A stretch of DNA of 64,000 nt from an uncultured Thermoleophilia bacterium (GCA_963715985.1 CAVQSP010000011.1:448001-512000); one strand, 5' to 3'; numbered from the stretch's first letter, positions 11,422 through 33,013 are shown. The notes: generated by a model from the sequence alone, not told the origin. A program made the numbers and translations.

Positions 11422-11955
11422 CTAGGCGCGCTTGCCGACCTTGCGCTGCACGTACTCGCCGGCGTACCGGATGCCCTTGCCCTTGTAGGGCTCAGGCGGG
11501 CGGATGGAGCGCACCTTGGCGGCCACCTCGCCCACGACCTGCTTGTCGATGCCCCTGACCAGTACGACGGTGGCCTGCGGCGTCTCGAACTCGATATGCG
11601 CGGGCGGCTCGATGACCACCGGGTGGCTGTAGCCGACCAGCAACTCGAGGGCGTCGCCCTTGAGGCTGGCACGGTACCCCACGCCGACGATCTCCAGACG
11701 CTTCTCGAAGCCGTCCGTGACGCCCGTGACCATGTTGGCGATGAGCGTCCGCGTGAGCCCGTGCAGCGAGCGGTGCTGGCCGCTGTCTGTGGGCCGCTTG
11801 ACCTCGATGACGCCGTCGCCGACCTCCACGAGCATCTCGCGGGGGACGCGCTGCGTGAGCTCGCCCTTGGGACCCTTGACCGTCACCACGGCGTTGTCGT
11901 ACTTGAAATCGACGCCGGCCGGCAGCGGGATGGGTGCTTTTCCGATCCTCGACAT
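11422..11955 (-). CDS. rplF: 50S ribosomal protein L6
   Basis: MSRIGK; RPPEPYKGKGIRY. Confidence 0.98.
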   Translation of the reverse strand: MSRIGKAPIPLPAGVDFKYDNAVVTVKGPKGELTQRVPREMLVEVGDGVIEVKRPTDSGQHRSLHGLTRTLIANMVTGVTDGFEKRLEIVGVGYRASLKGDALELLVGYSHPVVIEPPAHIEFETPQATVVLVRGIDKQVVGEVAAKVRSIRPPEPYKGKGIRYAGEYVQRKVGKRA

Positions 11956-11964
11956 CTTCCGTCC

Positions 11965-12363
11965 TTACCAGATGAAGCAGATCACTTCGCCACCCAGGCC
12001 CAGCTTGCGCGCCTCGGAGCTCGTCACGAGACCCCGGGAGGTGGAAATGATCGCTGTGCCGAGTCCGCCGAGCACCTTGGGCAGCGATTCCTTCTTGGCG
12101 TACACACGACGCCCAGGCTTGGAGACGCGCTTGATGCCGGAGATGACCCGCTCCCTGTTCTTGCCGTACTTGAGTTCGACGCGGATGACCTGGCCGTGCT
12201 CGCCCTGCCCTACGTCATAGCCCGTGATGTAGCCCTGCTCAGTCATGAGCCGGGCGATCTCGACCTTCATGCGCGACGAGGGGATCTCGACCACGGAGTG
12301 GCGAGCGGTACTGCCGTTGCGGATGCGCGTAAGCATGTCGGCGATGGGGTCGGTCATTGACAT
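11965..12363 (-). CDS. rpsH: 30S ribosomal protein S8
   Basis: [14 protein letters not shown]; SKPGRRVY; GGEVICFIW. Confidence 0.98.
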   Translation of the reverse strand: MSMTDPIADMLTRIRNGSTARHSVVEIPSSRMKVEIARLMTEQGYITGYDVGQGEHGQVIRVELKYGKNRERVISGIKRVSKPGRRVYAKKESLPKVLGGLGTAIISTSRGLVTSSEARKLGLGGEVICFIW

Positions 12364-12376
12364 GGTCCTCGCCTCC

Positions 12377-12562
12377 TCACCAGCTCGACTTGGTCAGACC
12401 CGGGATGACGCCCTGGTGCGCGACTTCGCGCAGGCAGATCCGGCAGATCCCGAACTTGCGGTAGTAGGCACGCGGGCGACCGCACCTGGCACAACGGTTG
12501 TACTCGCGCACCTTGTAGCGCTGCTTGCGCCCCGCCTTCACCACGAGGGATGTCTTAGCCAT
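12377..12562 (-). CDS. rpsN: 30S ribosomal protein S14, type Z (61 aa, Zn-binding)
   Basis: RCARCGRPR...ICRICLRE. Confidence 0.97.
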   Translation of the reverse strand: MAKTSLVVKAGRKQRYKVREYNRCARCGRPRAYYRKFGICRICLREVAHQGVIPGLTKSSW

Positions 12563-12575
12563 GCTTCAGATGCTC

Positions 12576-13118
12576 CTAGTTCGACCGGAACGGCATGCCC
12601 AGCTTGGTCAGCAGAGCTCGCCCTTCCTCGTCCGTCTTGGCAGTCGTCGTGATGATCACGTTCAGACCGCGGAACTGCTCGACCGAGTCGTAGTCGATCT
12701 CGGGAAAGATCGTCTGCTCGCGCACGCCCATGGCGAAGTTGCCGCGCCCGTCGAACTGGTCGGGCGAGATGCCGCGGAAGTCGCGGATGCGCGGCAGGGC
12801 GATGGAGACGAGACGGTCGATCATCTCGTACATGCGCTCGCCGCGCAGCGTGACCCGGCAGCCGATGGACATGCCCTCGCGCAGTTTGAAGCTGGCGATG
12901 GACTTGCGCGCCTTGGTGATGGCCGGTCGCTGGCCGCTGATGAGCGCCAGGTCCTCGACAGCGTCGTCGAGCAGCTTGGCGTTGGTCTTGGCCTCGCCGA
13001 CGCCCATGTTGAGGGTGACTTTTGTGACGCGAGGCACTTCCATCACGTTGCGGTAGCCGAACTCAGTCATGAGCTCCGGCACGATCTCTTTGAAGAACTT
13101 GTCCTTGAGCCTGGCCAT
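12576..13118 (-). CDS. rplE: 50S ribosomal protein L5
   Basis: [14 protein letters not shown]; LPRIRDFRG. Confidence 0.98.
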   Translation of the reverse strand: MARLKDKFFKEIVPELMTEFGYRNVMEVPRVTKVTLNMGVGEAKTNAKLLDDAVEDLALISGQRPAITKARKSIASFKLREGMSIGCRVTLRGERMYEMIDRLVSIALPRIRDFRGISPDQFDGRGNFAMGVREQTIFPEIDYDSVEQFRGLNVIITTTAKTDEEGRALLTKLGMPFRSN

Positions 13119-13124
13119 CGTCTC

Positions 13125-13460
13125 TTACGCCTTGTCGATGTCTTTGCCGCAGTTCTCGCGGCGGCACTTACGGACCTTGTCGCCGTCAGCGGTCAGCCGG
13201 TAGCCGACACGCGTGGGCTGGCCGCAGGCGGGGCAGACGATCATGACGTTGGAGGCGTCGATGGACCCCTCACGCTCGATGACGCCACCCTGCGGGTTCT
13301 TCTTGGGGTTCGGCTTGGTGTGCTTCTTCAGGATGTTGAGCCGCTCGAGCACGACGCGACCCGTCTCGGTGTCGACGCGCATCACCTTGCCGGTCTTCCC
13401 GGCTTCCTTGCCGGACATGACCTTGACCTGGTCACCCTTTTTGATCTTCAGCTTGCTCAT
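13125..13460 (-). CDS. rplX: 50S ribosomal protein L24
   Basis: KIKKGDQVKVMSGKE; GGVIEREGSIDASNV. Confidence 0.97.
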   Translation of the reverse strand: MSKLKIKKGDQVKVMSGKEAGKTGKVMRVDTETGRVVLERLNILKKHTKPNPKKNPQGGVIEREGSIDASNVMIVCPACGQPTRVGYRLTADGDKVRKCRRENCGKDIDKA

Positions 13461-13491
13461 CGTTATAGCGACTCCCTCGCCGGCACGGGCC

Positions 13492-13860
13492 TCAAAGGAC
13501 CTCAGGGGCCAGCGACACGATCTTCATGAAGTTCTTCTCGCGCAGCTCGCGGGCCACGGGTCCGAAGATGCGGGTCCCGCGCGGGTTGTTCTGGTTGTCG
13601 ATCAGCACCGCCGCGTTCTCGTCGAACGCGATGTACGTGCCGTCCTTGCGACCGTACTCCTTCTTGGTGCGCACGATGACGGCGCGCACGACGTCGCCCT
13701 TCTTCACGCTGCCGCCGGGCGTGGCGACCTTGACGGTACCGACGATGATGTCGCCGACCGTGCCGTAGCGCCGCTTGGAGCCGCCGCGGATCCGGATACA
13801 GAGGATCTCGCGCGCGCCCGTGTTGTCGGCGACTCGTAGTCTGGTCTCAACCTGGATCAT
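13492..13860 (-). CDS. rplN: 50S ribosomal protein L14
   Basis: VADNTGA; [13 protein letters not shown]; SLAPEVL. Confidence 0.98.
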   Translation of the reverse strand: MIQVETRLRVADNTGAREILCIRIRGGSKRRYGTVGDIIVGTVKVATPGGSVKKGDVVRAVIVRTKKEYGRKDGTYIAFDENAAVLIDNQNNPRGTRIFGPVARELREKNFMKIVSLAPEVL

Positions 13861-13881
13861 GTGCTTCCTCTGCCGGCTTTC

Positions 13882-14337
13882 TTACTTGGCTTTCTCGAGG
13901 ATCTCGAGGAGACGCCACCGCTTGGTGGCGCTCAGCGGGCGCGTCTCGACGACACGCACGAGATCGCCGACGCCGGCCGCGTTCTGCTCGTCGTGCACGT
14001 GGAGCTTGGTGGAGCGGCGCACGACCTTGCCGTACCGCTCGTGCTTCTGCGCCACGTCGATGCGCACGACCACGGTCTTGTCCATGGCGTCGCTGACCAC
14101 GATGCCGCGGCGCTCTTTGCGCCCGGGCACCTTCTCAGGAGCCGTGCGCTCGGCCTTGGCCCGCGTCTTGGCGGCCGAGACCTTCTTGGCCGGCTTCGCG
14201 ACCACGGCGGTCTCGGTCTTCTTGGCGCCCGCCTTGGGCGTGGTCTTCTTGGCGGCCGCCTTCTTGGCCGCCGGCTTGCGGGCGGCCGTCTGCTTGGCCG
14301 CCGGCTTGCTGCTGTCGGTCTTCTTCGTCGTCGCCAT
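13882..14337 (-). CDS. rpsQ: 30S ribosomal protein S17 with ~70-aa Lys/Ala-rich N-terminal extension
   Basis: Core [14 protein letters not shown]...[11 protein letters not shown]; start overlaps the rpmC stop. Confidence 0.96.
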   Translation of the reverse strand: MATTKKTDSSKPAAKQTAARKPAAKKAAAKKTTPKAGAKKTETAVVAKPAKKVSAAKTRAKAERTAPEKVPGRKERRGIVVSDAMDKTVVVRIDVAQKHERYGKVVRRSTKLHVHDEQNAAGVGDLVRVVETRPLSATKRWRLLEILEKAK

Positions 14338-14552
14338 CAGGCTTCACCACCGGCTGCTTTGCGTTCGCGCTCGCGTTCGGCCTGCATGGTGATCAGGCGA
14401 GCGATCTCGCGACGCGTTGCGTTCAACTTATGCGGATTGTCGAGCTGCCCGGTGGCGTGCTGGAAGCGCAGGTTGAAGAGCTCCTTGCGCGTGTCCTTGA
14501 GGCGCACGATCAGCTCGTCGTCGGAGAGCTCGCGGAGCTTGCTAGCCTTCAA
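14337..14552 (-). CDS. rpmC: 50S ribosomal protein L29
   Basis: [16 protein letters not shown]. Confidence 0.96.
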   Translation of the reverse strand: MKASKLRELSDDELIVRLKDTRKELFNLRFQHATGQLDNPHKLNATRREIARLITMQAERERERKAAGGEA

Positions 14553-14967
14553 AGAGACTGCCCTCCCTGGTCACGAACTTCGTCTTCAAGGGCAGCTTGT
14601 GGGCGGCCAGGCGCATGGCCTCGCGCGCCACCGGCTCACTCACGCCGGCCAGCTCGAACATGACCTTGCCCGGCTTCACCACGGCCACCCAGGACTCGGG
14701 CGAACCCTTGCCGCCGCCCATGCGGGTCTCAGCGGCCTTGCGCGTGATCGGCTTGTGCGGGAACACATTGATCCACACCTTGCCGCCACGCTTGATGTAG
14801 CGGGTCATCGCGATACGGGCGGCCTCGATCTGGCGGTTGGTGATCCAGCCGCACTCCAGCGCCTTCAGGCCGTACTGGCCGAAGTCCACACTGGTGCCGC
14901 CCTTGGCAGTGCCGGCCATGCGGCCGCGCTGCTGTTTTCTGTGCTTGACTCTCTTCGGCAGGAGCAT
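14542..14967 (-). CDS. rplP: 50S ribosomal protein L16
   Basis: [11 protein letters not shown]; RQIEAARIA; TRMGGGKG. Confidence 0.98.
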   Translation of the reverse strand: MLLPKRVKHRKQQRGRMAGTAKGGTSVDFGQYGLKALECGWITNRQIEAARIAMTRYIKRGGKVWINVFPHKPITRKAAETRMGGGKGSPESWVAVVKPGKVMFELAGVSEPVAREAMRLAAHKLPLKTKFVTREGSLFEG

Positions 14968-14987
14968 CGTCTACGTCCTCTCTACCG

Positions 14988-15983
14988 TCAGCTGCTCTGC
15001 TCGGTGGTGGGCTCGGCCGGCTTCTCGGCCGGAGCCGGCTTCGGGGCCGGCTTGGGGGCCGGCGCCTGGCTCCTCGTGGGGGCCTGACGGCCCATGGGGG
15101 CCTTGGGGCCGACCGACGGGCGGGACTGGCCGTCGCGACGCGGGCCACCAGGACCGCGACCGGGTCCACCGGGACCTCTGCCGGGGCCGCCGGGACCGCG
15201 ACCGGGTCCACCGGGACCGCGACCGGGACCGCCGGGACCTCTGCCGGGGCCGCCGGGAGCGCCGTCGCGACGCGGGCCGCGACGCTCGCGGCCGCGGTCG
15301 TCGCGGCGCTGCTCGTCGCGCTCGAGGCGCGCCTTGGTCTCGTCGACCGGGTAGCCCTCGGGGAGGATCTCGCCCTTGTTGATCCAGACCTTCACGCCGA
15401 TGCGGCCGAAGGTGGTACGCGCCTCACGGAAGCCGTAGTCGATGTCCGCCCGCAGCGTGTGCAGGGGCACGCGGCCCTCGCTGTAGTGCTCGTTGCGGGC
15501 CATCTCGGCGCCGCCCAGACGGCCGCCGCAGCGCACGCGCATGCCGGCGGCGCCGGAACGCATGGCGCTCGTGAGAGCACGCTTCATCGCGCGGCGGAAG
15601 CTGACACGGTTCTCGAGCTGCTCGGCGATGGACTGGGCCACCAGGAGCGCGTCGAGCTCGGGGCGCTTGACCTCGATGATGTTGACCTGGACGTTCTTCT
15701 TGGTCATCGCGTGGATCTCTTTGCGCAGTGCGTCGACCTCGGAGCCGCTCTTGCCGATGACGATGCCCGGGCGGGCGGTGTGGATGTCGATGGTCACGTT
15801 GTTCTGATCCTTGCGGATCATGATGCGCGAGAGACCGGCATGAGCGAGCTTGCGCATGATGTGCTTGCGGATCTGCTCGTCCTCAGCCAGGAACTGCTTG
15901 AACTCTTTCTCCGTATACCAGTGCGACTTCCAGTCGTGGATGACGCCGACGCGGAAGCCGCCCGGATGCACCTTCTGGCCCAC
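14988..15983 (-). CDS. rpsC: 30S ribosomal protein S3 with long C-terminal Gly/Pro/Arg repeat tail
   Basis: GTG-GQKVHP start overlaps the rplV stop; [10 protein letters not shown]; [14 protein letters not shown]. Confidence 0.97.
   Translation of the reverse strand: MGQKVHPGGFRVGVIHDWKSHWYTEKEFKQFLAEDEQIRKHIMRKLAHAGLSRIMIRKDQNNVTIDIHTARPGIVIGKSGSEVDALRKEIHAMTKKNVQVNIIEVKRPELDALLVAQSIAEQLENRVSFRRAMKRALTSAMRSGAAGMRVRCGGRLGGAEMARNEHYSEGRVPLHTLRADIDYGFREARTTFGRIGVKVWINKGEILPEGYPVDETKARLERDEQRRDDRGRERRGPRRDGAPGGPGRGPGGPGRGPGGPGRGPGGPGRGPGGPGRGPGGPRRDGQSRPSVGPKAPMGRQAPTRSQAPAPKPAPKPAPAEKPAEPTTEQSS
15135..15260 (-). repeat. ~6 tandem 21-nt coding repeats encoding GPGGPGR in rpsC
   Basis: APGGPGR-(GPGGPGR)x4-GPGGPRR, with synonymous codon variation between units. 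Confidence 0.9.
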
Positions 15984-16327
15984 TAGGAACGGACCTCCCT
16001 CTGCTCCACGGCGATGGTGATGTGGCTGCTGCGCTTGCGGATGCGGTTCACACGGCCCATGGCCCGGAACTGCCACCGCTTGAGGGTCGGGCCCTCATCC
16101 ACGCGAGCCTCTTTCACGTACAAGTCGTCGGCCGAGAACGCGTTGTTGTTCTCGGCGTTGGCGACGGCCGAGTTCAGCACCTGGGCGACGACCCGGGCGG
16201 CGTTGCGATTGGCGAAGAACAACGTGCTGCGGGCCTCTGCCACGGACTTGCCACGGATGAGGTCGACCACCTCACGCGCCTTGCGCGGCGCGATGCGGAT
16301 GTACTTCGCTTGTGCTCTGACTGCCAT
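15983..16327 (-). CDS. rplV: 50S ribosomal protein L22
   Basis: RIAPRKAR; SAVANAENN; KRSSHITI. Confidence 0.98.
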   Translation of the reverse strand: MAVRAQAKYIRIAPRKAREVVDLIRGKSVAEARSTLFFANRNAARVVAQVLNSAVANAENNNAFSADDLYVKEARVDEGPTLKRWQFRAMGRVNRIRKRSSHITIAVEQREVRS

Positions 16328-16333
16328 GCTCTA

Positions 16334-16612
16334 CTACCTTCTGGCCGAGCGGTCGCCCTTGATGTGACCGCGGAACGTGCGCGTGAGCGCGAACTCGCCC
16401 AGCTTGTGGCCGACCATGGACTCGCTGATGAAGATGGGCACGTGCTTGCGGCCGTCATGGACGGCGATCGTGTGCCCGACCATGTCGGGGAAGACCGTCG
16501 AGGCCCGCGACCAGGTCTTGATCATCTTCTTCTGGCCGGCGGCGTTCATCTCTTCGATGCGCTTGAGAAGGCGCTCGTCGACGAACGGACCTTTCTTGGC
16601 TGACCTGCTCAA
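16334..16612 (-). CDS. rpsS: 30S ribosomal protein S19
   Basis: KKGPFVD; IKTWSRAS; [10 protein letters not shown]. Confidence 0.98.
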   Translation of the reverse strand: MSRSAKKGPFVDERLLKRIEEMNAAGQKKMIKTWSRASTVFPDMVGHTIAVHDGRKHVPIFISESMVGHKLGEFALTRTFRGHIKGDRSARR

Positions 16613-16627
16613 AAGGTGCCTCCTGCC

Positions 16628-17466
<839 letters not shown>

Positions 17467-17467
<1 letters not shown>

Positions 17468-17754
17468 TACCTGCCCTCGAAGAATTCGATCTTGTCGCCG
17501 GGCGCGAGCTGCACGACGGCCTTCTTCCAGGCCGAAGTGCGGCCGCGCGACATGCCGCGGCGCTTGGGCTTCGGCCTGATGTTGGCGGTGCATACGTCGA
17601 CCACGGTGACGTTGAAGAGTTGGGCGACGGCCTGCGCGATCATGGTCTTGTGCGCGTCCGGGTGCACCTGGAAGGTGTACCGGTCGTGATCGATCTGCGC
17701 GTAGCTCTTCTCGGAGATGATCGGCTTGATGATGATCTTTTCGGCTTCAACCAT
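17467..17754 (-). CDS. rplW: 50S ribosomal protein L23
   Basis: [10 protein letters not shown]; WKKAVVQL. Confidence 0.97.
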
Positions 17755-17757
17755 GTG

Positions 17758-18801
17758 TCACGCCTCGTTCAGGGCGGCGAACGCCTTCTCGGTGAGGACG
17801 AGGGAGCGGGCGCGCAGCACCTGCTCGGTGGAGAGCGCGCCGACCTCGGTGACGTCGGCATAGCGCAGATTGCGCACCGACTTGGCGACGGCGGGCTCGT
17901 CGTGCGTGACGACCAGCACCGGCGCGCCGATGTCGAGATTCACGAGGAAGGCGTTCATCGCGGCCGTGCTGGGCTGCTCCAGGCTGAGACCGCTGGCGAC
18001 GAACACGTTGCCGTTCTCGGCGCGGTTGCTCAGGGCCATGGCCAGCGCTTTGCGCACGACCTTGCGATTGACCTTGATGTCAAAAGAGCGCGGATGAGGT
18101 CCGAACACGATGCCCCCACCGGTGCGCACCGGCGACTTGACGCTGCCGGCGCGGGCGCGGCCCGTACCCTTCTGGCGGTACAGCTTCGCGGTGGACCCGG
18201 AGACCATGCCGCGCGTCTTGGTGGACGCGGTACCGCGGCGCCGGGCAGCCTGCTCGGCGCGCACGACCAGGTGCAACGTGTTGACGTCCGCGGGGACGCT
18301 GAACAGCGCCGGGTTGAGGTCGCGCTCCTCCAGCTGCTTGCCGGCGGCGTCCACCACCGTGGCCACGCCCTCTTTGCCGTGACGCGTCTCCGGCGCCTCG
18401 CGCTTCTCGGCGCGCACACGCGGCGGACGCTCATGCTTGACGGCGGCCTCGACGGCCTTGGCGGCCGGCTTCTTGGCGGCGGCCTTTCTGGCCGCCGGCT
18501 TGGCGGCCGCGGCCTTCTTGGCGGCCGGCTTCGCGGCCTTCTTCTCGGCGGGCTTCGCGGCCGCGCCGGCCGACTTCTTGGGCGCGGCCTTGGCGGCCGG
18601 CTTCTTGACGGCGGGCTTCTCCTCCGCGGCCTCCACCTCGGCGGGCTTCTCGTCCGCGGGCGGGGCGACGGGTGCCTCGGCCTGCGGCGCGTCGGCCTTC
18701 TCGGCCTCAGGCGCGGCGGCGGCCTCGACGGCGTCGGTCTTGGGCTCGACGGCGGCCTCGACGTCCTGGTCCTGGTTGGTCTCGTCGGTGCTCACTGTCA
18801 C
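17758..18801 (-). CDS. rplD: 50S ribosomal protein L4 with ~130-aa acidic then Lys/Ala/Pro-rich N-terminal extension
   Basis: Core RRGTASTKTRG...KLYRQKGTGRARAGS; start overlaps the rplC stop. Confidence 0.95.
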   Translation of the reverse strand: MTVSTDETNQDQDVEAAVEPKTDAVEAAAAPEAEKADAPQAEAPVAPPADEKPAEVEAAEEKPAVKKPAAKAAPKKSAGAAAKPAEKKAAKPAAKKAAAAKPAARKAAAKKPAAKAVEAAVKHERPPRVRAEKREAPETRHGKEGVATVVDAAGKQLEERDLNPALFSVPADVNTLHLVVRAEQAARRRGTASTKTRGMVSGSTAKLYRQKGTGRARAGSVKSPVRTGGGIVFGPHPRSFDIKVNRKVVRKALAMALSNRAENGNVFVASGLSLEQPSTAAMNAFLVNLDIGAPVLVVTHDEPAVAKSVRNLRYADVTEVGALSTEQVLRARSLVLTEKAFAALNEA

Positions 18802-19412
18802 CTCCCCTTGATGACGACGACGGAGTTCTTGGCGCCCGGTACCGACCCCTTGATGAGCAGCAGGTTGTTCTCCACGTCCCTGCGGACGATCTTGAGCCCC
18901 TGCTGGGTGACGCGCTGCGCCCCCATGTGCCCGCTCATGCGCATGCCCTTGAACACGCGACTGGGATAAGCACTGGCGCCGATGGAACCCGGCTGCCGGA
19001 CGTTGTGCGAACCGTGGGTCTCGGGACCGCGGCCGAAGTTGTGCCGCTTGATGGTGCCCTGGAACCCCTTGCCCTTGCTGACGCCGGTCGCGGTGACGGC
19101 CTGGCCGTCCTCGAACGCCTCCACAGTGACGACGTCGCCGACCTTGAGATCGCCGGAGGCGTCGAACTCCACCAGGTGGCGCATGCCGTGCTTGAGGCCC
19201 GCCTTCTTGAGGTGGCCCAGCTCAGGCTTGCTGATGTGCTTGTCGCGGCACTCCTCGAACGCGAGCTGCACGGCCTCGTAGCCGTCGTTGTCGAGCGTGC
19301 GTATCTGCGTGACCGGACACGGGCCAGCCTGCACGACGGTGACGGCGATCACGTTGCCGTCGTCGTCGAAGAGCTGGGTCATGCCGACCTTCTTGCCGAT
19401 GATGCCTGCCAT
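18798..19412 (-). CDS. rplC: 50S ribosomal protein L3
   Basis: GIIGKKVGMTQ; SKGKGFQG; VFKGMRMSGHMG. Confidence 0.98.
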   Translation of the reverse strand: MAGIIGKKVGMTQLFDDDGNVIAVTVVQAGPCPVTQIRTLDNDGYEAVQLAFEECRDKHISKPELGHLKKAGLKHGMRHLVEFDASGDLKVGDVVTVEAFEDGQAVTATGVSKGKGFQGTIKRHNFGRGPETHGSHNVRQPGSIGASAYPSRVFKGMRMSGHMGAQRVTQQGLKIVRRDVENNLLLIKGSVPGAKNSVVVIKGR

Positions 19413-19416
19413 CGCT

Positions 19417-19725
19417 CTACAGCTTGATCTCGATGTGGACACCGGCCGGCAGATCGAGACGCATCAGCTGGTCGACGGTCTTGGGCGTCGGCTGATGGAT
19501 GTCGATGAGCCTCTTGTGCGTGCGGATCTCGAAGTGCTCGCGCGAGTCCTTGTCCTTGAACGGGCTCTTGATGACGCAATACACGTTCTTCTCCGTGGGA
19601 AGCGGCACGGGGCCAGAGATGGTCGCGCCGCTGCGCTGCGCTGTCTCCACGATGGACTGCGCGCTGCGCTCGATCAGCTCGTGATCGTAAGACTTCAACC
19701 TGATGCGTATCTTCTGCTGAGCCAC
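19417..19725 (-). CDS. rpsJ: 30S ribosomal protein S10
   Basis: [11 protein letters not shown]; GPVPLPT; [12 protein letters not shown]; GTG at 19725. Confidence 0.98.
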   Translation of the reverse strand: MAQQKIRIRLKSYDHELIERSAQSIVETAQRSGATISGPVPLPTEKNVYCVIKSPFKDKDSREHFEIRTHKRLIDIHQPTPKTVDQLMRLDLPAGVHIEIKL

Positions 19726-19813
19726 TCTAGCCTTCTCTGTCCTGTTCACGGGGCCGGGTGTGTCCGTCGCGCGGGCGCGATACGACGCGCCCGGCCCATT
19801 GCGTGTGCTGCTT

Positions 19814-21019
<1,206 letters not shown>

Positions 21020-21100
21020 AACTGCTACTCCTTTTCCCGAAACCCGGAGGTTGAGGTCACACAGAAAGCGGTACGGCAGCCCGCCGTACCAAAGGTCGGC

Positions 21101-21130
21101 AGTATACACGACGCGGGCCGACCGGGGCAA
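21101..21130 (-). promoter_or_regulatory. Internal sigma70-type promoter for tuf
   Basis: TTGCCC-N18-TATACT on the minus strand, between fusA and tuf. Confidence 0.6.
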
Positions 21131-21151
21131 ACGATGCTCACGTGCGCGTGC

Positions 21152-23227
21152 TCAGACACCGCGCACCTTGCTGACGATCTCTGTGGCGATGGAGGCGGGG
21201 ACCTCCGCGTAGTGCTTGAACTGCATGGTGTACGTGGCCCTGCCCTGTGTGGTGGAGCGCACGTCGGTGGCGTAGCCGAACATCGTGGAGAGCGGCACCG
21301 TGGCCGTGATGACCTGGGCGTTGCCGCGCGGCTCCATGCCGTCGATGTGACCGCGACGTGAGTTGAGGTCGCCCATGACGTCGCCCATGTACTCGGCGGG
21401 CGTGACGACCTCGACGGCCATCATGGGTTCGAGGAGCACCGGCTTGGCCTTCTGGGCGGCGTTCTTGAACGCCAGCGAGCCGGCGATCTTGAAGGCCATA
21501 TCGGACGAGTCGACCTCGTGGTAGCTGCCGTCGGTCAGAGCGACCTTGATGTCGACCACAGGGTAGCCGGCGAGCACACCCGTGCTCATGGCCTCCTGGA
21601 TGCCGTCGTCCACCGAGGGGATGTACTCACGCGGGATCGTACCGCCCACGATGCGGCTCTCGAACTCGTAGCCCGCACCGGGAACGTTGGGCTCCATCTC
21701 GATGACCACGTGCCCGTACTGGCCGCGGCCACCGCTCTGGCGCACGAACCTGCCCTCGACCTTCTCGACCCTGTTGCGCACGGTCTCGCGGTACGCCACC
21801 TGGGGTTTGCCCACGTTGGCGTCGACGTTGAACTCGCGCACAAGCCTGTCGACGATGATCTCGAGGTGCAGCTCGCCCATGCCGGCGATGATGGTCTGAC
21901 CCGTCTCCTCGTCGGTATGGACGCGGAACGTGGGGTCCTCTTCCGAGAGGCGCTGCAGGGCGTTGCCGAGCTTCTCCTCGTCGGCCTTGGTCTTCGGTTC
22001 GATGGCGACGAAGATCACCGGCTCGGGGAACTCCATGGACTCGAGGATGATCGGCTTGCCGATCTCGCACAGCGTCTCGCCGGTGGTGGTGACCTTGAGC
22101 CCCACAGCCGCCGCGAGCTCACCGGCGTAGATCTCGTCGCGGTCCTCGCGGTGGTTGGCGTGCATCTGGAGGATGCGGCTGATGCGCTCGCGCTTGTCCT
22201 TGGAGGCGTTGAGCACGTACGAGCCGGCTTTGAGCGTGCCGGAGTAGACGCGGAAGTACGTCAGCTTGCCCACGTAGGGATCGACCGCCACCTTGAAGGC
22301 CAGGGCCGCGAACGGCGCGTCGTCGGCCGTGAGCCGCGATGCCTCTTCTCCGTTGGGCCTGATGCCCGTGACCGGCGGCACGTCCAGCGGGGAGGGCAGG
22401 AAGTCGACGATGGCGTCCATGAGTGGCTGCACGCCCTTGTTCTTGAAGGCCGAGCCGCACAGGACGGGGGTGATGCTGATGTCCAGGGTGGCCTGGCGGA
22501 TGACCTCGCGCAGGTGCTCGGGGGTGATCTCCTCGCCCTCGAGGTAGGCCTCGAGGAGGTGGTCGTCGTGGTCGGCGATGGACTCGACCATCTTGAGACG
22601 GTACTCGTCGGCCAGCTCGCGGTGGTCCTCGGGGATGTCGACGACGTCGAACTCGGTGCCCAGCTCGTCCTGGTACACCAGCGCCTTCATCTCGATGAGG
22701 TCGATGATGCCGCGGAACTCGGCCTCGCGGCCGATGGGGATCTGCAGGGCCACGGGGTTGGCTCCGAGACGGTCCACCATCATCTCGAGGCCGCGGAAGA
22801 AATCGGCCCCGATGCGGTCCATCTTGTTGACGAAGGCGATGCGCGGGATGCCGTACTTGTCGGCCTGCCGCCACACCGTCTCCGACTGCGGCTCCACGCC
22901 GCCCACGGAACAGAACAGCGCGATGGCGCCGTCCAGCACACGCAGGCTGCGCTCCACTTCCATCGTGAAGTCCACGTGCCCGGGCGTGTCTATGATGTTG
23001 ATCTGCGTGTCGCGCCAGGCGACGGTGGTGGCGGCCGAGGTGATGGTGATGCCGCGCTCCTGCTCCTGCGCCATCCAGTCCATCACGGCCGCGCCCTCGT
23101 GGACCTCGCCGATCTTGTGCGTCTTGCCCGTGTAGTACAGGACGCGTTCGGTCGTCGTGGTCTTGCCGGCATCGATGTGAGCCATGATGCCGATGTTGCG
23201 CGTGTTGTTCAGCGAGTACTGTCGCAT
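21152..23227 (-). CDS. fusA: Elongation factor G
   Basis: [13 protein letters not shown]; DTPGHVDF; GMGELHL. Confidence 0.99.
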   Translation of the reverse strand: MRQYSLNNTRNIGIMAHIDAGKTTTTERVLYYTGKTHKIGEVHEGAAVMDWMAQEQERGITITSAATTVAWRDTQINIIDTPGHVDFTMEVERSLRVLDGAIALFCSVGGVEPQSETVWRQADKYGIPRIAFVNKMDRIGADFFRGLEMMVDRLGANPVALQIPIGREAEFRGIIDLIEMKALVYQDELGTEFDVVDIPEDHRELADEYRLKMVESIADHDDHLLEAYLEGEEITPEHLREVIRQATLDISITPVLCGSAFKNKGVQPLMDAIVDFLPSPLDVPPVTGIRPNGEEASRLTADDAPFAALAFKVAVDPYVGKLTYFRVYSGTLKAGSYVLNASKDKRERISRILQMHANHREDRDEIYAGELAAAVGLKVTTTGETLCEIGKPIILESMEFPEPVIFVAIEPKTKADEEKLGNALQRLSEEDPTFRVHTDEETGQTIIAGMGELHLEIIVDRLVREFNVDANVGKPQVAYRETVRNRVEKVEGRFVRQSGGRGQYGHVVIEMEPNVPGAGYEFESRIVGGTIPREYIPSVDDGIQEAMSTGVLAGYPVVDIKVALTDGSYHEVDSSDMAFKIAGSLAFKNAAQKAKPVLLEPMMAVEVVTPAEYMGDVMGDLNSRRGHIDGMEPRGNAQVITATVPLSTMFGYATDVRSTTQGRATYTMQFKHYAEVPASIATEIVSKVRGV

Positions 23228-23296
23228 ATCGTGTGTCGTGTTCCTTCCACGCGAAAGCCCCTCACCGACGAAGGTCAGTGAGGGGCCCTCGAGGGA

Positions 23297-23767
23297 TTAC
23301 CAGCGATAGTGGGCGAACGCCTTGTTCGCCTGTGCCATCCTGAAGATGTCGTCTTTCTTCTTGAAGGCCCCGCCCTGAGCGGCGAGCGCGTCGAGCATCT
23401 CGGCAGCGAGGCGCTCGGCCATGACCTTCTCGCGGCGGTCGCGGGAGAAGGCGACCAGCCAGCGGATGGCCAGGGTGCGGGCGCGGCGGCCGGGCACCTC
23501 GACGGGCACCTGGTAGGTGGCACCACCGACGCGGCGGCTGCGGACCTCGAGGTGCGGCGTGAGCGCCTGCACCGCGTCCTGCATGACCTCGACGGGGTCG
23601 CGGCCGGTCTTCTCGCGCACGATCTCGAGAGCGCCGTACACGATCTGCTCCGCCGTGGACTTCTTGCCGTCCAGAAGGACCTTGTTGATGACCTGCGTGA
23701 CGAGCTTGCTGTTGTACACAGGGTCCGGAAGGACCTCACGCCGGGTGACGGTACCTCTGCGTGGCAT
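23297..23767 (-). CDS. rpsG: 30S ribosomal protein S7
   Basis: [11 protein letters not shown]; [10 protein letters not shown]. Confidence 0.99.
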   Translation of the reverse strand: MPRRGTVTRREVLPDPVYNSKLVTQVINKVLLDGKKSTAEQIVYGALEIVREKTGRDPVEVMQDAVQALTPHLEVRSRRVGGATYQVPVEVPGRRARTLAIRWLVAFSRDRREKVMAERLAAEMLDALAAQGGAFKKKDDIFRMAQANKAFAHYRW

Positions 23768-23770
23768 GAC

Positions 23771-24148
23771 TTACCTCGATCCCTTGCCCTTCGCGCCGTA
23801 GCGCGAGCGGGCCTTCTTGCGATCAGCGACGCCGGAGGCGTCGAGCGTGCCGCGGATGACCTTGTAGCGCACGCCCGGCAGATCCTTGACACGGCCACCG
23901 CGCACGAGCACCACCGAGTGCTCCTGCAGGTTGTGGCCGATGCCGGGGATGTACGACGTGACTTCCATGCCGTTGGTGAGCCTGACTCGAGCGACCTTGC
24001 GCAGGGCGGAGTTCGGCTTCTTGGGAGTGGTGGTGTAGACGCGCGTGCACACGCCGCGCTTCTGGGGCGAACCCTTGAGCGCAGGCGTCTTGGCGCGCTT
24101 CACTTTGCTCTCGCGCCCCTTGCGAACGAGCTGGCTGATGGTTGTCAT
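23771..24148 (-). CDS. rpsL: 30S ribosomal protein S12
   Basis: [11 protein letters not shown]; [10 protein letters not shown]; ATG at 24148. Confidence 0.99.
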   Translation of the reverse strand: MTTISQLVRKGRESKVKRAKTPALKGSPQKRGVCTRVYTTTPKKPNSALRKVARVRLTNGMEVTSYIPGIGHNLQEHSVVLVRGGRVKDLPGVRYKVIRGTLDASGVADRKKARSRYGAKGKGSR

Positions 24149-24196
24149 CTGACCTCTCTGGTCTCTCTTGGCTGCCGCTGAGCACAACGGCCATGT

Positions 24197-24225
24197 AGTG
24201 TAGCGAAACGGGGCCGCGGCCGCAA
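24197..24225 (-). promoter_or_regulatory. sigma70-type promoter of the str operon
   Basis: TTGCGG-N17-TACACT upstream of rpsL. Confidence 0.65.
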
Positions 24226-24272
24226 GACGAAGTGTCCGCGGCCGCAGCCCGCGTCTCGATTCCGCCTCTCGC

Positions 24273-28529
<4,257 letters not shown>

Positions 28530-28554
28530 AGTCGCTCCCTCTGCCTAGGCGGGG

Positions 28555-32322
<3,768 letters not shown>

Positions 32323-32413
32323 GCGAGTCTCCTCTTTCTAGCGTGGACCAGGGAAAAAGAGCACACCATACCGGAGGTCGAGAGGCATGGCCGCGGGTAA
32401 CGCACGGCCGAAA

Positions 32414-32442
32414 AATATACCACAGCGCAATCAGGCGCGCAA
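32414..32442 (-). promoter_or_regulatory. sigma70-type promoter of rpoBC
   Basis: TTGCGC-N17-TATATT with extended -10 TG. Confidence 0.65.
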
Positions 32443-32499
32443 GACGAATGTCGGCGCCGATCAGAGGCCCCGTCGGCGCGGGGAGGCCGCACCGACGCG

Positions 32500-32533
32500 A
32501 AGGGCCGGGGCGCCTCACGGCGCCCCGGCCCTT
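32500..32533 (-). terminator. Hairpin downstream of rplL
   Basis: Perfect inverted repeat AAGGGCCGGGGCGCC-N4-GGCGCCCCGGCCCTT. Confidence 0.7.
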
Positions 32534-32560
32534 CGGGGAAGATCTGGTGACGGACGATCG

Positions 32561-32953
32561 CTACTTGATCTCGACGCTCGCGCCGGCCTCTTCAAGCTGC
32601 TTCTTGGCCTCCTCGGCCTCGTCCTTGGTGACGGCTTCCTTGATGGCGCTCGGCACGCCCTCGACCACGTCCTTGGCCTCCTTGAGACCGAGACCGGTGA
32701 GCGCGCGCACGACCTTGATGACCTGGATCTTCTGGTCACCGAAGGCGGTGAGCATCACGTCGAACTGGGTCTGCTCTTCGGCGGCCTCGGCCGGGGCACC
32801 GGCGGCGGGGCCGGCGGCGGCGGCGGCCACGGGAGCCGCGGCGCTGACGCCGAACGCCTCTTCAAGCGCCTTGACCATCTCGCTGAGCTCGAGCACGGTC
32901 ATGCCCTTGATTGCCTCGATGAGCTCGTCTTTCGTGAGAGTCTTGTCTGCCAT
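32561..32953 (-). CDS. rplL: 50S ribosomal protein L7/L12
   Basis: MTVLELSE; [20 protein letters not shown]. Confidence 0.98.
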   Translation of the reverse strand: MADKTLTKDELIEAIKGMTVLELSEMVKALEEAFGVSAAAPVAAAAAGPAAGAPAEAAEEQTQFDVMLTAFGDQKIQVIKVVRALTGLGLKEAKDVVEGVPSAIKEAVTKDEAEEAKKQLEEAGASVEIK

Positions 32954-33013
32954 TGTCAGTTCACCTCGCGTAGGGCTGGAAAGCCTTGATGGACAGTGTC
33001 GTGGCGGGGCGCC

